From positions 1 through 34,600 of IMG/VR virus record IMGVR_UViG_3300027711_000011: 34,600 bases of DNA; one strand, written 5' to 3'. Source of the stretch: a virus (taxonomy: Duplodnaviria > Caudoviricetes). Under the pieces are notes generated by a model, which was not told the origin of the DNA, did not search any database, and worked only from the letters and a program-made list of their open reading frames with translations. A program made the translations under genes and the position numbers. Positions 17,200 to 25,585 of the stretch are shown one piece after another (the stretch's first letter is position 1; every line of letters starts with the position of its first letter).

Positions 17200-18722
17200 T
17201 GGCAGGAGCATATAAAATGAAGGACAAACAGGCTCAGAAACGCTATGAAGAACTTTGTAGGCGTATTTCTGAGAATACTGGTATTGATCCTTTTGAAACT
17301 GTATCCAGCAGAAAGCAAAGAATTGAAGTGTATATGAATGACTTCAAGAAGTTTGTTCAGTACTACTTTCCGCACTATGGAGATTCTGAGACACCTGAAT
17401 TTCATGTGCGCATTGCTCGCCGTGTGCGTAGGTCTAAAACATACAAGGCATGGTTGAAATGGGCACGTGGACATGCTAAGTCGGTTGTGGCAACTGTGCT
17501 ATTACCGTTGTGGTTGTGGATTAATGGAGATATTCAATTCTTAGTGGTCATTGGACAAAATGAAGACAAAGCAAAGATTCTCCTGGGCGACTTGCAAGCA
17601 GAATTTGAAAACAACCAAAGACTAATCAATGACTTTGGAAAACAACAGCAACTCGGAAGTTGGGAAGATGGTTTCTTTGTAACGAAATCAGGATTCAAAG
17701 CTAAGGCATTAGGGATGGGGCAAGAACCTCGTGGACTTCGTGTTGGTGCAGATAGACCTGACATGATTGTTGCCGATGATTGGGAAACCAAAGATACTTC
17801 TAAGAATCCTGCAAGACAGAAAGAGTATGCTGAATGGTTCTTGAGATCTGTAATACCTACAATGGATGATAAGAATAGGCGTGTACTGATCGCTCAAAAC
17901 AAGTTCCACCCTCAAATGATATTTGACCTTGTGGTTGATGGAAATGACGAATGGAAGGAAGACAGAGTCGATGCGTATGATCCTGTTACTTACGAGCCTA
18001 TTTGGAAAGATAAGTACGATGCTGAATTCTTCAAGTTGCAGGAAAAGACAATGGGAACTATTCGAGCATTGGCGGAGTACAACAACACACCTCACATTGA
18101 AGGTACGATGTTCAAGGACGAATACATTCAATGGGCAAAGCTTCCACGCATAGATCACTTTGATGCGATTGTAGGAACTTGGGATGTTGCCTATGGAGGA
18201 ACAAAGACCAGTGACTTCAACGCCATTCGTATTTGGGGATTAAAGGACGGTAAGAAGTATTTAATTGATTGCTTTGTTAAGCAGTCAGTAGTTCGTGAAG
18301 CTGTGCAATGGATTAAGGATTTTCAATCGAGACTTCCTAAAGGAGTGAAAGTTCAAATAGGTTTTGAGGCTCAATTTTGGAATGAGGCAATATTTGACGC
18401 CATTCAAGAAGTTGAACGTGAGGCAGGTTTTCGTTTGAACTTGATTAAGATGGAGCGCAGACGAGGAAATAAGTATGACGCTATGTGCGAAATGCTTCCT
18501 GACTATCAAAACGGCAGAGTTTTCTACAACAGGCAATTGAAAGGACACAATGACACGCAGACAGGAATTGCGCAATTGAAAGGAATTGAGCCGGGATATA
18601 AATCAAAAGACGATGCTCCAGATGCAGACAAATACGCATTTGATGAACTCGATAGATACAAAGGTTCATCGTTTCACCAAGGTGGAAGATTAGGAGGAAC
18701 ACGTACATCACGTAAATTTTAG
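17199..18722 (+). CDS. Terminase large subunit
   Basis: ARGHAKS (Walker A-like), RPDMIVADD (Walker B), and nuclease WDVA...SDF...DDAPDA motifs. Confidence 0.92.
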   Translation: MAGAYKMKDKQAQKRYEELCRRISENTGIDPFETVSSRKQRIEVYMNDFKKFVQYYFPHYGDSETPEFHVRIARRVRRSKTYKAWLKWARGHAKSVVATVLLPLWLWINGDIQFLVVIGQNEDKAKILLGDLQAEFENNQRLINDFGKQQQLGSWEDGFFVTKSGFKAKALGMGQEPRGLRVGADRPDMIVADDWETKDTSKNPARQKEYAEWFLRSVIPTMDDKNRRVLIAQNKFHPQMIFDLVVDGNDEWKEDRVDAYDPVTYEPIWKDKYDAEFFKLQEKTMGTIRALAEYNNTPHIEGTMFKDEYIQWAKLPRIDHFDAIVGTWDVAYGGTKTSDFNAIRIWGLKDGKKYLIDCFVKQSVVREAVQWIKDFQSRLPKGVKVQIGFEAQFWNEAIFDAIQEVEREAGFRLNLIKMERRRGNKYDAMCEMLPDYQNGRVFYNRQLKGHNDTQTGIAQLKGIEPGYKSKDDAPDADKYAFDELDRYKGSSFHQGGRLGGTRTSRKF

Positions 18723-18726
18723 AATT

Positions 18727-19149
18727 ATGATATTAACATTAAACGATTACTCCAAAATCATTGACAGCGAAGAGTTGGAAGACGTGGTTGGAGATTTGAA
18801 TTTAGAAGGATGGGCATTGCTCCAAGATTTGGAAGGCGATGCCATAGATGAAATGAAAGCTTACTTGGCTGTGCGCTACGATGCGGAGAAGTGCCTTGAT
18901 GAATTAGAGAATACAAGCATTGGCGTTCTAAAGAGAAAGCTTGTGGACATGATTCTTTATGATGCTTTCGCACTAATAGTTCCCAACAATATCCCTGACC
19001 TTCGTACAACTCGAAGAGATCAAGCAATTGAATATCTTGAGAAGATTGCGGATGGTTTTATTAATCCCGCATTTCCAACTAATGAGGAAGACCCAACAAC
19101 GCCACTTCGCTTTGGTTCTGAACTTCCAAAATCACAAAATTACTTTTAA
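18727..19149 (+). CDS. Head-tail adaptor (Mu gp36 / DUF1320-like)
   Basis: AIDEMKAYLAVRYD and AIEYLEKIADG motifs. Confidence 0.75.
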   Translation: MILTLNDYSKIIDSEELEDVVGDLNLEGWALLQDLEGDAIDEMKAYLAVRYDAEKCLDELENTSIGVLKRKLVDMILYDAFALIVPNNIPDLRTTRRDQAIEYLEKIADGFINPAFPTNEEDPTTPLRFGSELPKSQNYF

Positions 19150-19151
19150 TC

Positions 19152-20354
19152 ATGGCAGAACAAAATAAACAAGCATTAACAGAACGTCCTAACAAGGTTC
19201 TGGACACAATTATTAGAACAACTACAGCTAGAGCTCGTAGACAAATTAGCGACTGGACTAATGCGTTAAGGTCTGCGGAGAATGTAGAACGTCCTAATCG
19301 TTCGAGGTTATACGGCATCTATAATGACATCTTAATTGATGCGCATTTGACTGCGGAAATGCTGAAGAGAATGAACTCCTTGCTAGAGAGTGATTTTGAC
19401 TTGATGGATGAGAAAGGCGTGCCAAATCCTGAAGCTACAGCAATGTTGAATAAGGCTTGGTTTACTAAGCTTTTGCAATATGCGTGGGAATCTCGCATGT
19501 GGGGACATTCATTGGTAGAAATCACAGACTTAACCGCTGAAGGTAGAATTGGAGACGTGCAACTTGTTAACCGTTGGCATGTTGTACCTGAGAAAGGAAT
19601 TGTCATTAAGAACGTTGGTGACGAGACTGGTGTGACTTACCGTGACAATCCAAAGTACACGCCTTGGCTTTTCGAAATTGGTGATAATTACGATCTAGGC
19701 TTGCTGAACAAAACAGTGCCGCATGTTCTTTACAAACGATTTGCTCAAGCTTCTTGGAGTGAGTTCACTGAGATATTTGGTATCCCTCCAAGATACGTGA
19801 AGACACCAAGTAGAGACCAGGAACATTTGAATAAGTTGGAAATCATGTTGAGAGACATGGGAACTTCAACCTATGGTGTCTTTGGAACGGATGAAGAATT
19901 CGACTTCATGGATGTGCCGAGTTCTGACGGTTCGTTATACAAGAACTTGATAGGTTTGGCCGCTAATGAGATTTCCAAACTGTTGAATGGCTCTGTAATT
20001 GGAGAGCAATCTCAAGAAGGTTCTAGAGCGAAGGAGCAAGTAGGAATGGATTTATCTCAGCAGATTTGGAATGGAGATAAAACATGGATGGAGCGCATCA
20101 TCAATGAGGAGTGGTTGCCTAAGATGATAGAGATGGGGTATCCGTTTGCTAACCTCCATTTTGAATTCAACAGGGAAAAAGACCTAAAAGCTGAATGGGA
20201 AATTGTGAGCGGTGTTTTAAATCATTTCACGGTTGATCCTGAATACATTCAAGATACTTTTGGAATTCCAGTCATTGAGCAAAAAATGAACGGCGTTAAT
20301 CCAATTGAAGACAGCAGTGCAAAAGCTTTAGGTTCTTCGTCTTTTTTCGACTAA
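19152..20354 (+). CDS. Portal protein (Mu gp29 / DUF935-like)
   Basis: LIDAHL, WGHSLVEI, WSEFTEIFGIP and EISKLLNG motifs. Confidence 0.9.
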   Translation: MAEQNKQALTERPNKVLDTIIRTTTARARRQISDWTNALRSAENVERPNRSRLYGIYNDILIDAHLTAEMLKRMNSLLESDFDLMDEKGVPNPEATAMLNKAWFTKLLQYAWESRMWGHSLVEITDLTAEGRIGDVQLVNRWHVVPEKGIVIKNVGDETGVTYRDNPKYTPWLFEIGDNYDLGLLNKTVPHVLYKRFAQASWSEFTEIFGIPPRYVKTPSRDQEHLNKLEIMLRDMGTSTYGVFGTDEEFDFMDVPSSDGSLYKNLIGLAANEISKLLNGSVIGEQSQEGSRAKEQVGMDLSQQIWNGDKTWMERIINEEWLPKMIEMGYPFANLHFEFNREKDLKAEWEIVSGVLNHFTVDPEYIQDTFGIPVIEQKMNGVNPIEDSSAKALGSSSFFD

Positions 20355-20380
20355 GCCCCGACATTGAATTCGGGGCATCA

Positions 20381-21616
20381 TTGAGAGAGGTCTATGATCA
20401 CGCAGTGATGAAAAGCAACCGTCGTTTGTTTACCAAGGCTAAATCTGAGGAAGTGGCCAAAGACTTCTATGACGGTAACATTGACAAAGTTGTTGAGGAA
20501 GTTTGGAAGGAAACGGACAAGCAGCTGCGCAAAGGTGTGACTGCTGGCTATGGAACAACTGGCTATGACGTGAGAGATTTTGACACTGTGAAACAACTCA
20601 ATGAGAATGTAGGTGTGTTTTCTGCGTTCAAATCTTATAGAATGAACAAAGAAATGAAAGCCAGTTTAACCGATGCGGATGGCAACAAACGTTCATTTGA
20701 TGAGTTCCTGCAGGAATATCGAAAGGTTGATTCTAAGTACAACATCAATTATTTGCGTGCAGAGTATAACATTGCGCAGAAACAAGCAGCTGCTGCTAAC
20801 CAGTGGCAGGACTTTGAACGAGACAGTAATCTCTACCCGAATCTGAAATACATGCCGAGTAGATCTGCTGAACCTCGAGAAAGTCATGAGCGATACTATG
20901 GAATTGTTAAACCAATTAATGATCCTGTATGGGACACGCTTAATCCTCCGTTAGATTGGGGTTGTAATTGTTGGGTAACGAACACCGATGAACCTGCGGA
21001 AGCGACAACCATAGAAGCTCCACTTCCTATTGATGGAGTTGCAGGAAACGCAGGAAGAACTGGACAGGTTTACGACAATAAGCATCCTTATGTTGCTGAT
21101 GTTCCAAAATCTGAAAAGAAGAAAGTGGAGCGTTTTCACGATACCATGGCCGAGAAGCATCTTACTAATCAATTTGTTGAAAGCAAAGTTGGGAAGGGAA
21201 GAGTCAAGTTAAGCCTCACGCATCCGAAGGAAGGAATGAAAGAACGTTTAGACTTCGCTTATACGTCAACTGCTAATCATGGAAAGACATTTGAATTGAT
21301 GGGAGGATCTAACGCTCCACTTCGCTACAATAAAGTTGATGGTGACTTGTCAACGATTGACCAAAAGAATCTATTCGATAAGTACAACAAAGGAAAATCT
21401 CTTGAGAAAATTAACAAGTCCTTCCTTGGAATTGAACTTGGAGAAAAACTGTCCAGGAACAATTTGAACGAAATTGCAAACAACATCCTGAAAGGCTTTG
21501 CAGACAACAAAGGTTGTAACTTTGTGATTGTAAGAAACGAAGCGAAAACGACAATTATCAACAGAGATGTTGAGTTGACGGACATTGTCAAATCATTAGA
21601 AAACGAATTGTTATAA
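20381..21616 (+). CDS. MuF / SPP1 gp7-like minor head protein with C-terminal extension
   Basis: YLRAEYN, YPNLKY, PRESH and PPLDWGCNC motifs. The ORF starts only at TTG and may be expressed by frameshift from portal. Confidence 0.85.
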   Translation: MREVYDHAVMKSNRRLFTKAKSEEVAKDFYDGNIDKVVEEVWKETDKQLRKGVTAGYGTTGYDVRDFDTVKQLNENVGVFSAFKSYRMNKEMKASLTDADGNKRSFDEFLQEYRKVDSKYNINYLRAEYNIAQKQAAAANQWQDFERDSNLYPNLKYMPSRSAEPRESHERYYGIVKPINDPVWDTLNPPLDWGCNCWVTNTDEPAEATTIEAPLPIDGVAGNAGRTGQVYDNKHPYVADVPKSEKKKVERFHDTMAEKHLTNQFVESKVGKGRVKLSLTHPKEGMKERLDFAYTSTANHGKTFELMGGSNAPLRYNKVDGDLSTIDQKNLFDKYNKGKSLEKINKSFLGIELGEKLSRNNLNEIANNILKGFADNKGCNFVIVRNEAKTTIINRDVELTDIVKSLENELL

Positions 21617-22143
21617 TGGCAGATTTCAAGAAATGGGAAGAGAAATTAAGGAAGTTGAACGACTACCTAGAGAATGACATTCAAACTCGTATAGGTGTGG
21701 AAAGTGTGAACCATTTCAAAGAAAGTTTCGAGAACCAAGGTTTTACAGATTCCTCCCTGCAGAAATGGGACGAAGTTGAGCGACGTAAACCTGAAAGTCC
21801 TTGGTATGGTTTCAAATACAAAGGCACAGCAAAAAGACCAGGAAGAAAGAGCAGGAGGAAAGGCGGTTATACACACTATTCTCCTGCTGCAACGTCTCGA
21901 CAGATTTTGAGCGGAGAAACTGGAAACTTAATGAATGGAATTCGTTGGAGGAAGAATGGCAGGCGTGTGGAGATCACAGCAAATACGGAATATGCGCAAC
22001 TGATCAACGAAGGTGGACAGATGAAGGTATTCGGTAAGCATATCACAACGATGCCACAACGCCAATTTATGGGAAAATCAAAGGCATTAAACAAGAAGAT
22101 TGAAGCAAAGATAATTAAGGACTTAAAACGAATCATGAGATGA
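21616..22143 (+). CDS. Virion morphogenesis protein (Mu gpG-like)
   Basis: ILSGETGNL, YAQLINEGG and MPQRQFMG motifs. Confidence 0.8.
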   Translation: MADFKKWEEKLRKLNDYLENDIQTRIGVESVNHFKESFENQGFTDSSLQKWDEVERRKPESPWYGFKYKGTAKRPGRKSRRKGGYTHYSPAATSRQILSGETGNLMNGIRWRKNGRRVEITANTEYAQLINEGGQMKVFGKHITTMPQRQFMGKSKALNKKIEAKIIKDLKRIMR

Positions 22144-22616
22144 TTATATATAACACACTTTACACGGCCATTAAACAGCAATTAAACGGTATTCAAAGCA
22201 TCAAGTTGATTGATTGGTACAATGACCAATATCGAAATTATGAAAGCGAAAAAGCTATTCCAAGACGAGCTGTCTTTGTTGAAATTCTTGACCCTGTAAA
22301 TTGGGACCAATTAACGCCAGGACAAAGTGGCGAAGTTCGTGTTAGATTGCACTGTGTGATTTACGATGTGAAGGACTCACCAGTGCCTGCTTTAGAGTTC
22401 ACGCAAGAAGTATATGAAGCTTTGCAGAGGAAGGATATGATGGACGTTAATGGACATCAAATTACAACAGAGATGTTGAGGAGCGAAAGCAATATGCCAA
22501 AGCGTTATGATCAAGTGAAAGTAACGCAGGTAACTTTTAGAGCTCATTTATACGATGGAAGTGGAATTGAGGAAGGGACGCAGGTTAATGTTGACTTCAC
22601 TACAATTATTAATTAA
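22140..22616 (+). CDS. Putative tail terminator / neck protein (Mu gp37-like)
   Basis: IDWYNDQ and AVFVEI motifs; follows the gpG-like gene. Confidence 0.6.
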   Translation: MIIYNTLYTAIKQQLNGIQSIKLIDWYNDQYRNYESEKAIPRRAVFVEILDPVNWDQLTPGQSGEVRVRLHCVIYDVKDSPVPALEFTQEVYEALQRKDMMDVNGHQITTEMLRSESNMPKRYDQVKVTQVTFRAHLYDGSGIEEGTQVNVDFTTIIN

Positions 22617-22734
22617 AGATGTCGGCTATACGACTGGAGACTGCCCTTGAATTTATACGTCTATAATTCTCACATGTAGTCATTCATGTTAATTGATGCG
22701 CTTGCTCATGGCAGAGGCGTTTGGGCTTCGTCTA

Positions 22735-23211
22735 TTAAGGTTTAAATCCTGCTTCTACCTTAATCTTTGTACCACATTCAGAAACTGTCATCTTTCGTGT
22801 GTTATACCAGCTACATATAGCAATATCTTCATCTACATACAATGTATATTTCATAGTTGATGGATTGAAAGTCCTTGTACACCTATCTTTCGCAAACTCG
22901 GCCAATTCAGCTTTATTTTCAAAAACAAAACCTTTCGCTGCTAATGCATCAATGATAAACTGGTCTCTTTTTAGTCCTATTTCCTCAGCGTAGAGATAAG
23001 TTAACTCTCTCATTTCCGATTGTGCTTCAACAAATTCTTGACATGTATTTTCCCAAGCAGGTAAAAGTTCAGGATTAATCAATTCTGCTTTGTACTCCGT
23101 TGGCTTAACACCTTGTATCTCTTTATCACCTAACATCACCGTGAGGTCTGCCCATTTACTCGTGGTACTTTCATCTAGGCCTTTCACCCATTCCTCCTTA
23201 CTTATACTCAT
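22735..23211 (-). CDS. Hypothetical protein
   Basis: 158-aa ORF with ATG in an A-rich context. Confidence 0.6.
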   Translation of the reverse strand: MSISKEEWVKGLDESTTSKWADLTVMLGDKEIQGVKPTEYKAELINPELLPAWENTCQEFVEAQSEMRELTYLYAEEIGLKRDQFIIDALAAKGFVFENKAELAEFAKDRCTRTFNPSTMKYTLYVDEDIAICSWYNTRKMTVSECGTKIKVEAGFKP

Positions 23212-23221
23212 AATTCATCGT

Positions 23222-23488
23222 TCATCGTTCATATTTATCTTCATGATCTCTCAACACTTCAAGCAACTGCTCTGGTGTGAATCTAAACTCATCTATATAC
23301 TCATCTGTTCCAAACTTTCCTTCGTTACTCGAGAATGAAAGCACAATCGTTTCCCCTTCCATGAGTTTAGTACATGTTATTTTAGTTTGGCTTTTGGGGA
23401 GATATAGAATGCTAGAAAATCTACGTTTCTCATCTTCAAAAGTAAACGCTTTACCAATTTTTTCTGCTAACTCCTCTATTTGGCTCAT
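23222..23488 (-). CDS. Hypothetical protein
   Basis: 88-aa ORF, tightly packed with neighbours. Confidence 0.6.
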   Translation of the reverse strand: MSQIEELAEKIGKAFTFEDEKRRFSSILYLPKSQTKITCTKLMEGETIVLSFSSNEGKFGTDEYIDEFRFTPEQLLEVLRDHEDKYER

Positions 23489-23491
23489 AAA

Positions 23492-23761
23492 TTAAAGTCT
23501 AACTATTCGTTTAGTGACTATGCAATGCATTTTTGTTTTTGGCGGATAACTAGATTCAATCATATGACCACGGATAAATATAGGCTTCGATTCAACCGAA
23601 TGAATGTCGGATAGACTTAGCACAGTCACCTCATCGTCTAAATCGAATATATCTTTAATATTTATAATTCCATCGTTTTCTTTTATTCTTGAAAAAAGCT
23701 TAGCTGTCTGGCCTAATGTCTCTTCAATTTCTATTGTCAGTACTAGTTTTGTTTTCTGCAT
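23492..23761 (-). CDS. Hypothetical protein
   Basis: 89-aa ORF, tightly packed with neighbours. Confidence 0.55.
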   Translation of the reverse strand: MQKTKLVLTIEIEETLGQTAKLFSRIKENDGIINIKDIFDLDDEVTVLSLSDIHSVESKPIFIRGHMIESSYPPKTKMHCIVTKRIVRL

Positions 23762-23784
23762 AATTCATCGTTCATAATTCATAA

Positions 23785-24102
23785 TTACCTAACCTTCCAG
23801 TTATAATGAGGATGCCTTTCCGCTAAATCCTTTGTTGTTGGTTCTTCCTGTATGAGGTCGTTGATTCTATGTGTATGGTCGCTTAAAATACTTATGATTC
23901 TGTGGCTTGTTAAGTAGAACTCCTGCTCCAGTAATGCAATACAATCATCGTATCTATATCTGTTGATTTCAGCATGGAAGTAGTAGCGTGCTATCAATGC
24001 TTTATTTCGTAGAGGTTGATAAACATTACGTGGCCTTTGCTTCGACCGTGGTTCTTCCTCTCTGATGAACTTTGATGAAAATAATGATTGTTGACCTCGC
24101 AT
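23785..24102 (-). CDS. Putative late/middle transcription activator (Mor/C positional analogue)
   Basis: RNKALIARYY...DDCIALLEQEFYLTSHRIISIL resembles the Mor C-terminal HTH and sits at the early/late boundary. Start placed at ATG 24102. Confidence 0.55.
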   Translation of the reverse strand: MRGQQSLFSSKFIREEEPRSKQRPRNVYQPLRNKALIARYYFHAEINRYRYDDCIALLEQEFYLTSHRIISILSDHTHRINDLIQEEPTTKDLAERHPHYNWKVR

Positions 24103-24106
24103 ATAG

Positions 24107-24114
24107 CAAAGATA
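24107..24114 (-). promoter_or_regulatory. -7 promoter element TATCTTTG
   Basis: Perfect TAnnTTTG match, 4 nt upstream of ATG 24102. Confidence 0.6.
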
Positions 24115-24139
24115 ATGCTTTTTGCAAACGATTTTAAAT

Positions 24140-24172
24140 AACAAAGCCCAAGTTGTTAAGTTGGGCTTTGTT
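24140..24172 (-). terminator. Intrinsic terminator after the lipoprotein gene
   Basis: 12-bp stem AACAAAGCCCAA/TTGGGCTTTGTT followed by T-rich sequence on the - strand. Confidence 0.7.
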
Positions 24173-24177
24173 GGGCA

Positions 24178-24708
24178 TTATTTCCATTCATATAAATACG
24201 AATTTAAAACTGCATCTACATCTTTGTCTTCATCAAAATACACTTCAAACTTTAAATCTTTAAATTTTGCGCCTGTTGCTTTTTCAGTAGCTTCAGCTTT
24301 AACGCTCACCATATATCCTGCAATATTTGTAGAATCCAATTCATCGTCTCGTTCTTCCATATTACTCAAAGAGTCTTGAAGCTTGATTGCTATATTTCGA
24401 TAATGAATAGTTTCTGAATTTTCCTCTCCAGTATCAAACCTTTCATCTATAGCTTTAAATTCCTTATAATGTTTTACAGATTTAGTTAATTCCTTCATTA
24501 ACGGTATGCGCTTCACAAGAGCCATATCCTTTTCTGATAACTCAACCAGTGTGTCCAACTCCTTAAACACTACAAAACCTTTTTCATCTTCTGTATTGAG
24601 TTTTCCGTCTAGGTATTTTGTAGCCTTAGCGTACATCTGCTCTTTATCATTTGTTCCGCAGCTTACCATAAGTGCGGTTATTGCTATTGTTAATATTGCT
24701 TTCTTCAT
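24178..24708 (-). CDS. Lipoprotein (moron)
   Basis: MKKAILTIAITALMVS-C lipoprotein signal; terminators on both sides. Confidence 0.8.
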   Translation of the reverse strand: MKKAILTIAITALMVSCGTNDKEQMYAKATKYLDGKLNTEDEKGFVVFKELDTLVELSEKDMALVKRIPLMKELTKSVKHYKEFKAIDERFDTGEENSETIHYRNIAIKLQDSLSNMEERDDELDSTNIAGYMVSVKAEATEKATGAKFKDLKFEVYFDEDKDVDAVLNSYLYEWK

Positions 24709-24742
24709 AATATATTGGTTTTTAAATTGGTTACTAAATTAA

Positions 24743-24779
24743 TAAAAATAAGCCTCACAGACTGCGAAGCTTATTTTTA
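24743..24779 (-). terminator. Intrinsic terminator ending the early operon
   Basis: On the - strand AAGCTTCGCA-GTC-TGTGAGGCTT (G-U pairs) followed by ATTTTT. Confidence 0.7.
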
Positions 24780-24787
24780 GCTTTGTG

Positions 24788-24967
24788 TTATCCAAAATCA
24801 ATAGCACCTTGCTGTTGGTTGTTTATCTTCTCAGAAAGTCTCTTGTCTACTTCAATCTCGTATTGCTTGGACAACCTTAGCGTGCCTTGATTTCGCGTCT
24901 TGAAATAAGACTTCTGTTGCTTTCTCATTTCGAATACTAGGCGTTCAAATTCGTTTAGATTTTTCAC
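24788..24967 (-). CDS. Small hypothetical phage protein (59 aa, not in ORF track)
   Basis: GTG start overlapping the upstream stop: MKNLNEFERLVFEMRKQQKSYFKTRNQGTLRLSKQYEIEVDKRLSEKINNQQQGAIDFG. Confidence 0.7.
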   Translation of the reverse strand: MKNLNEFERLVFEMRKQQKSYFKTRNQGTLRLSKQYEIEVDKRLSEKINNQQQGAIDFG

Positions 24968-25383
24968 AGTTCTATTTCATTATGGTTATATGTAATTTTT
25001 AGTTTCTCCGTAAGTTCATCGAGTCTCTTGCACTCTTCATGAGTTAGTGCGAAAGAACCTTTTTCTTCTCGGATATCTAACAAAGCTCGACGTTCTTTAA
25101 GTTCTTCTGTGGTTATTCTGCTCCACTTTGAATCGCTATGTTCCGATTCACGTAACTCGTGATTGAAAAAGTCACTCGTCACATGATTTCTATACGCCAT
25201 ATAGTCGTGATTATTCCAATCTGGCTTATCAATTACATGTACAAGTACGAAGTGAACTGCAGATAAGCATAAGACAACCAAAAATATCGCTCCTACTGTA
25301 TATCCATAATACAACATTCCTGCAATGGCGCAAATGATGAATGTTATTGTTAATGTCCAAATTGTTGTGATTTTTGTTTTCAT
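24964..25383 (-). CDS. Hypothetical membrane protein
   Basis: Two N-terminal hydrophobic helices. Confidence 0.65.
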   Translation of the reverse strand: MKTKITTIWTLTITFIICAIAGMLYYGYTVGAIFLVVLCLSAVHFVLVHVIDKPDWNNHDYMAYRNHVTSDFFNHELRESEHSDSKWSRITTEELKERRALLDIREEKGSFALTHEECKRLDELTEKLKITYNHNEIEL

Positions 25384-25384
25384 T

Positions 25385-25585
25385 TTATTTCTTTTTTAGT
25401 TTATTTATATAGTTTTTACATTCTTGAATTTCGTCTTCCAAGAAAATCCTTCCTGATCCTCCTGTTTTTCGAACACCTACAGAGATTACTAAATGACCTC
25501 CAGGAGTAAAGTTCGATATCTCAATGTAAGGCCAGTTGTTTTTAATCCAATCAACGTCCTTATGTAGATGATGACGTTTTTTCAT
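25385..25585 (-). CDS. Hypothetical protein
   Basis: 66-aa ORF with ATGA overlap with the upstream gene. Confidence 0.55.
   Translation of the reverse strand: MKKRHHLHKDVDWIKNNWPYIEISNFTPGGHLVISVGVRKTGGSGRIFLEDEIQECKNYINKLKKK

Noticed and set aside
16900-17700. Mu-like central strong gyrase site
   Set aside because: The genome midpoint is coding sequence, and no such site can be recognised by eye.
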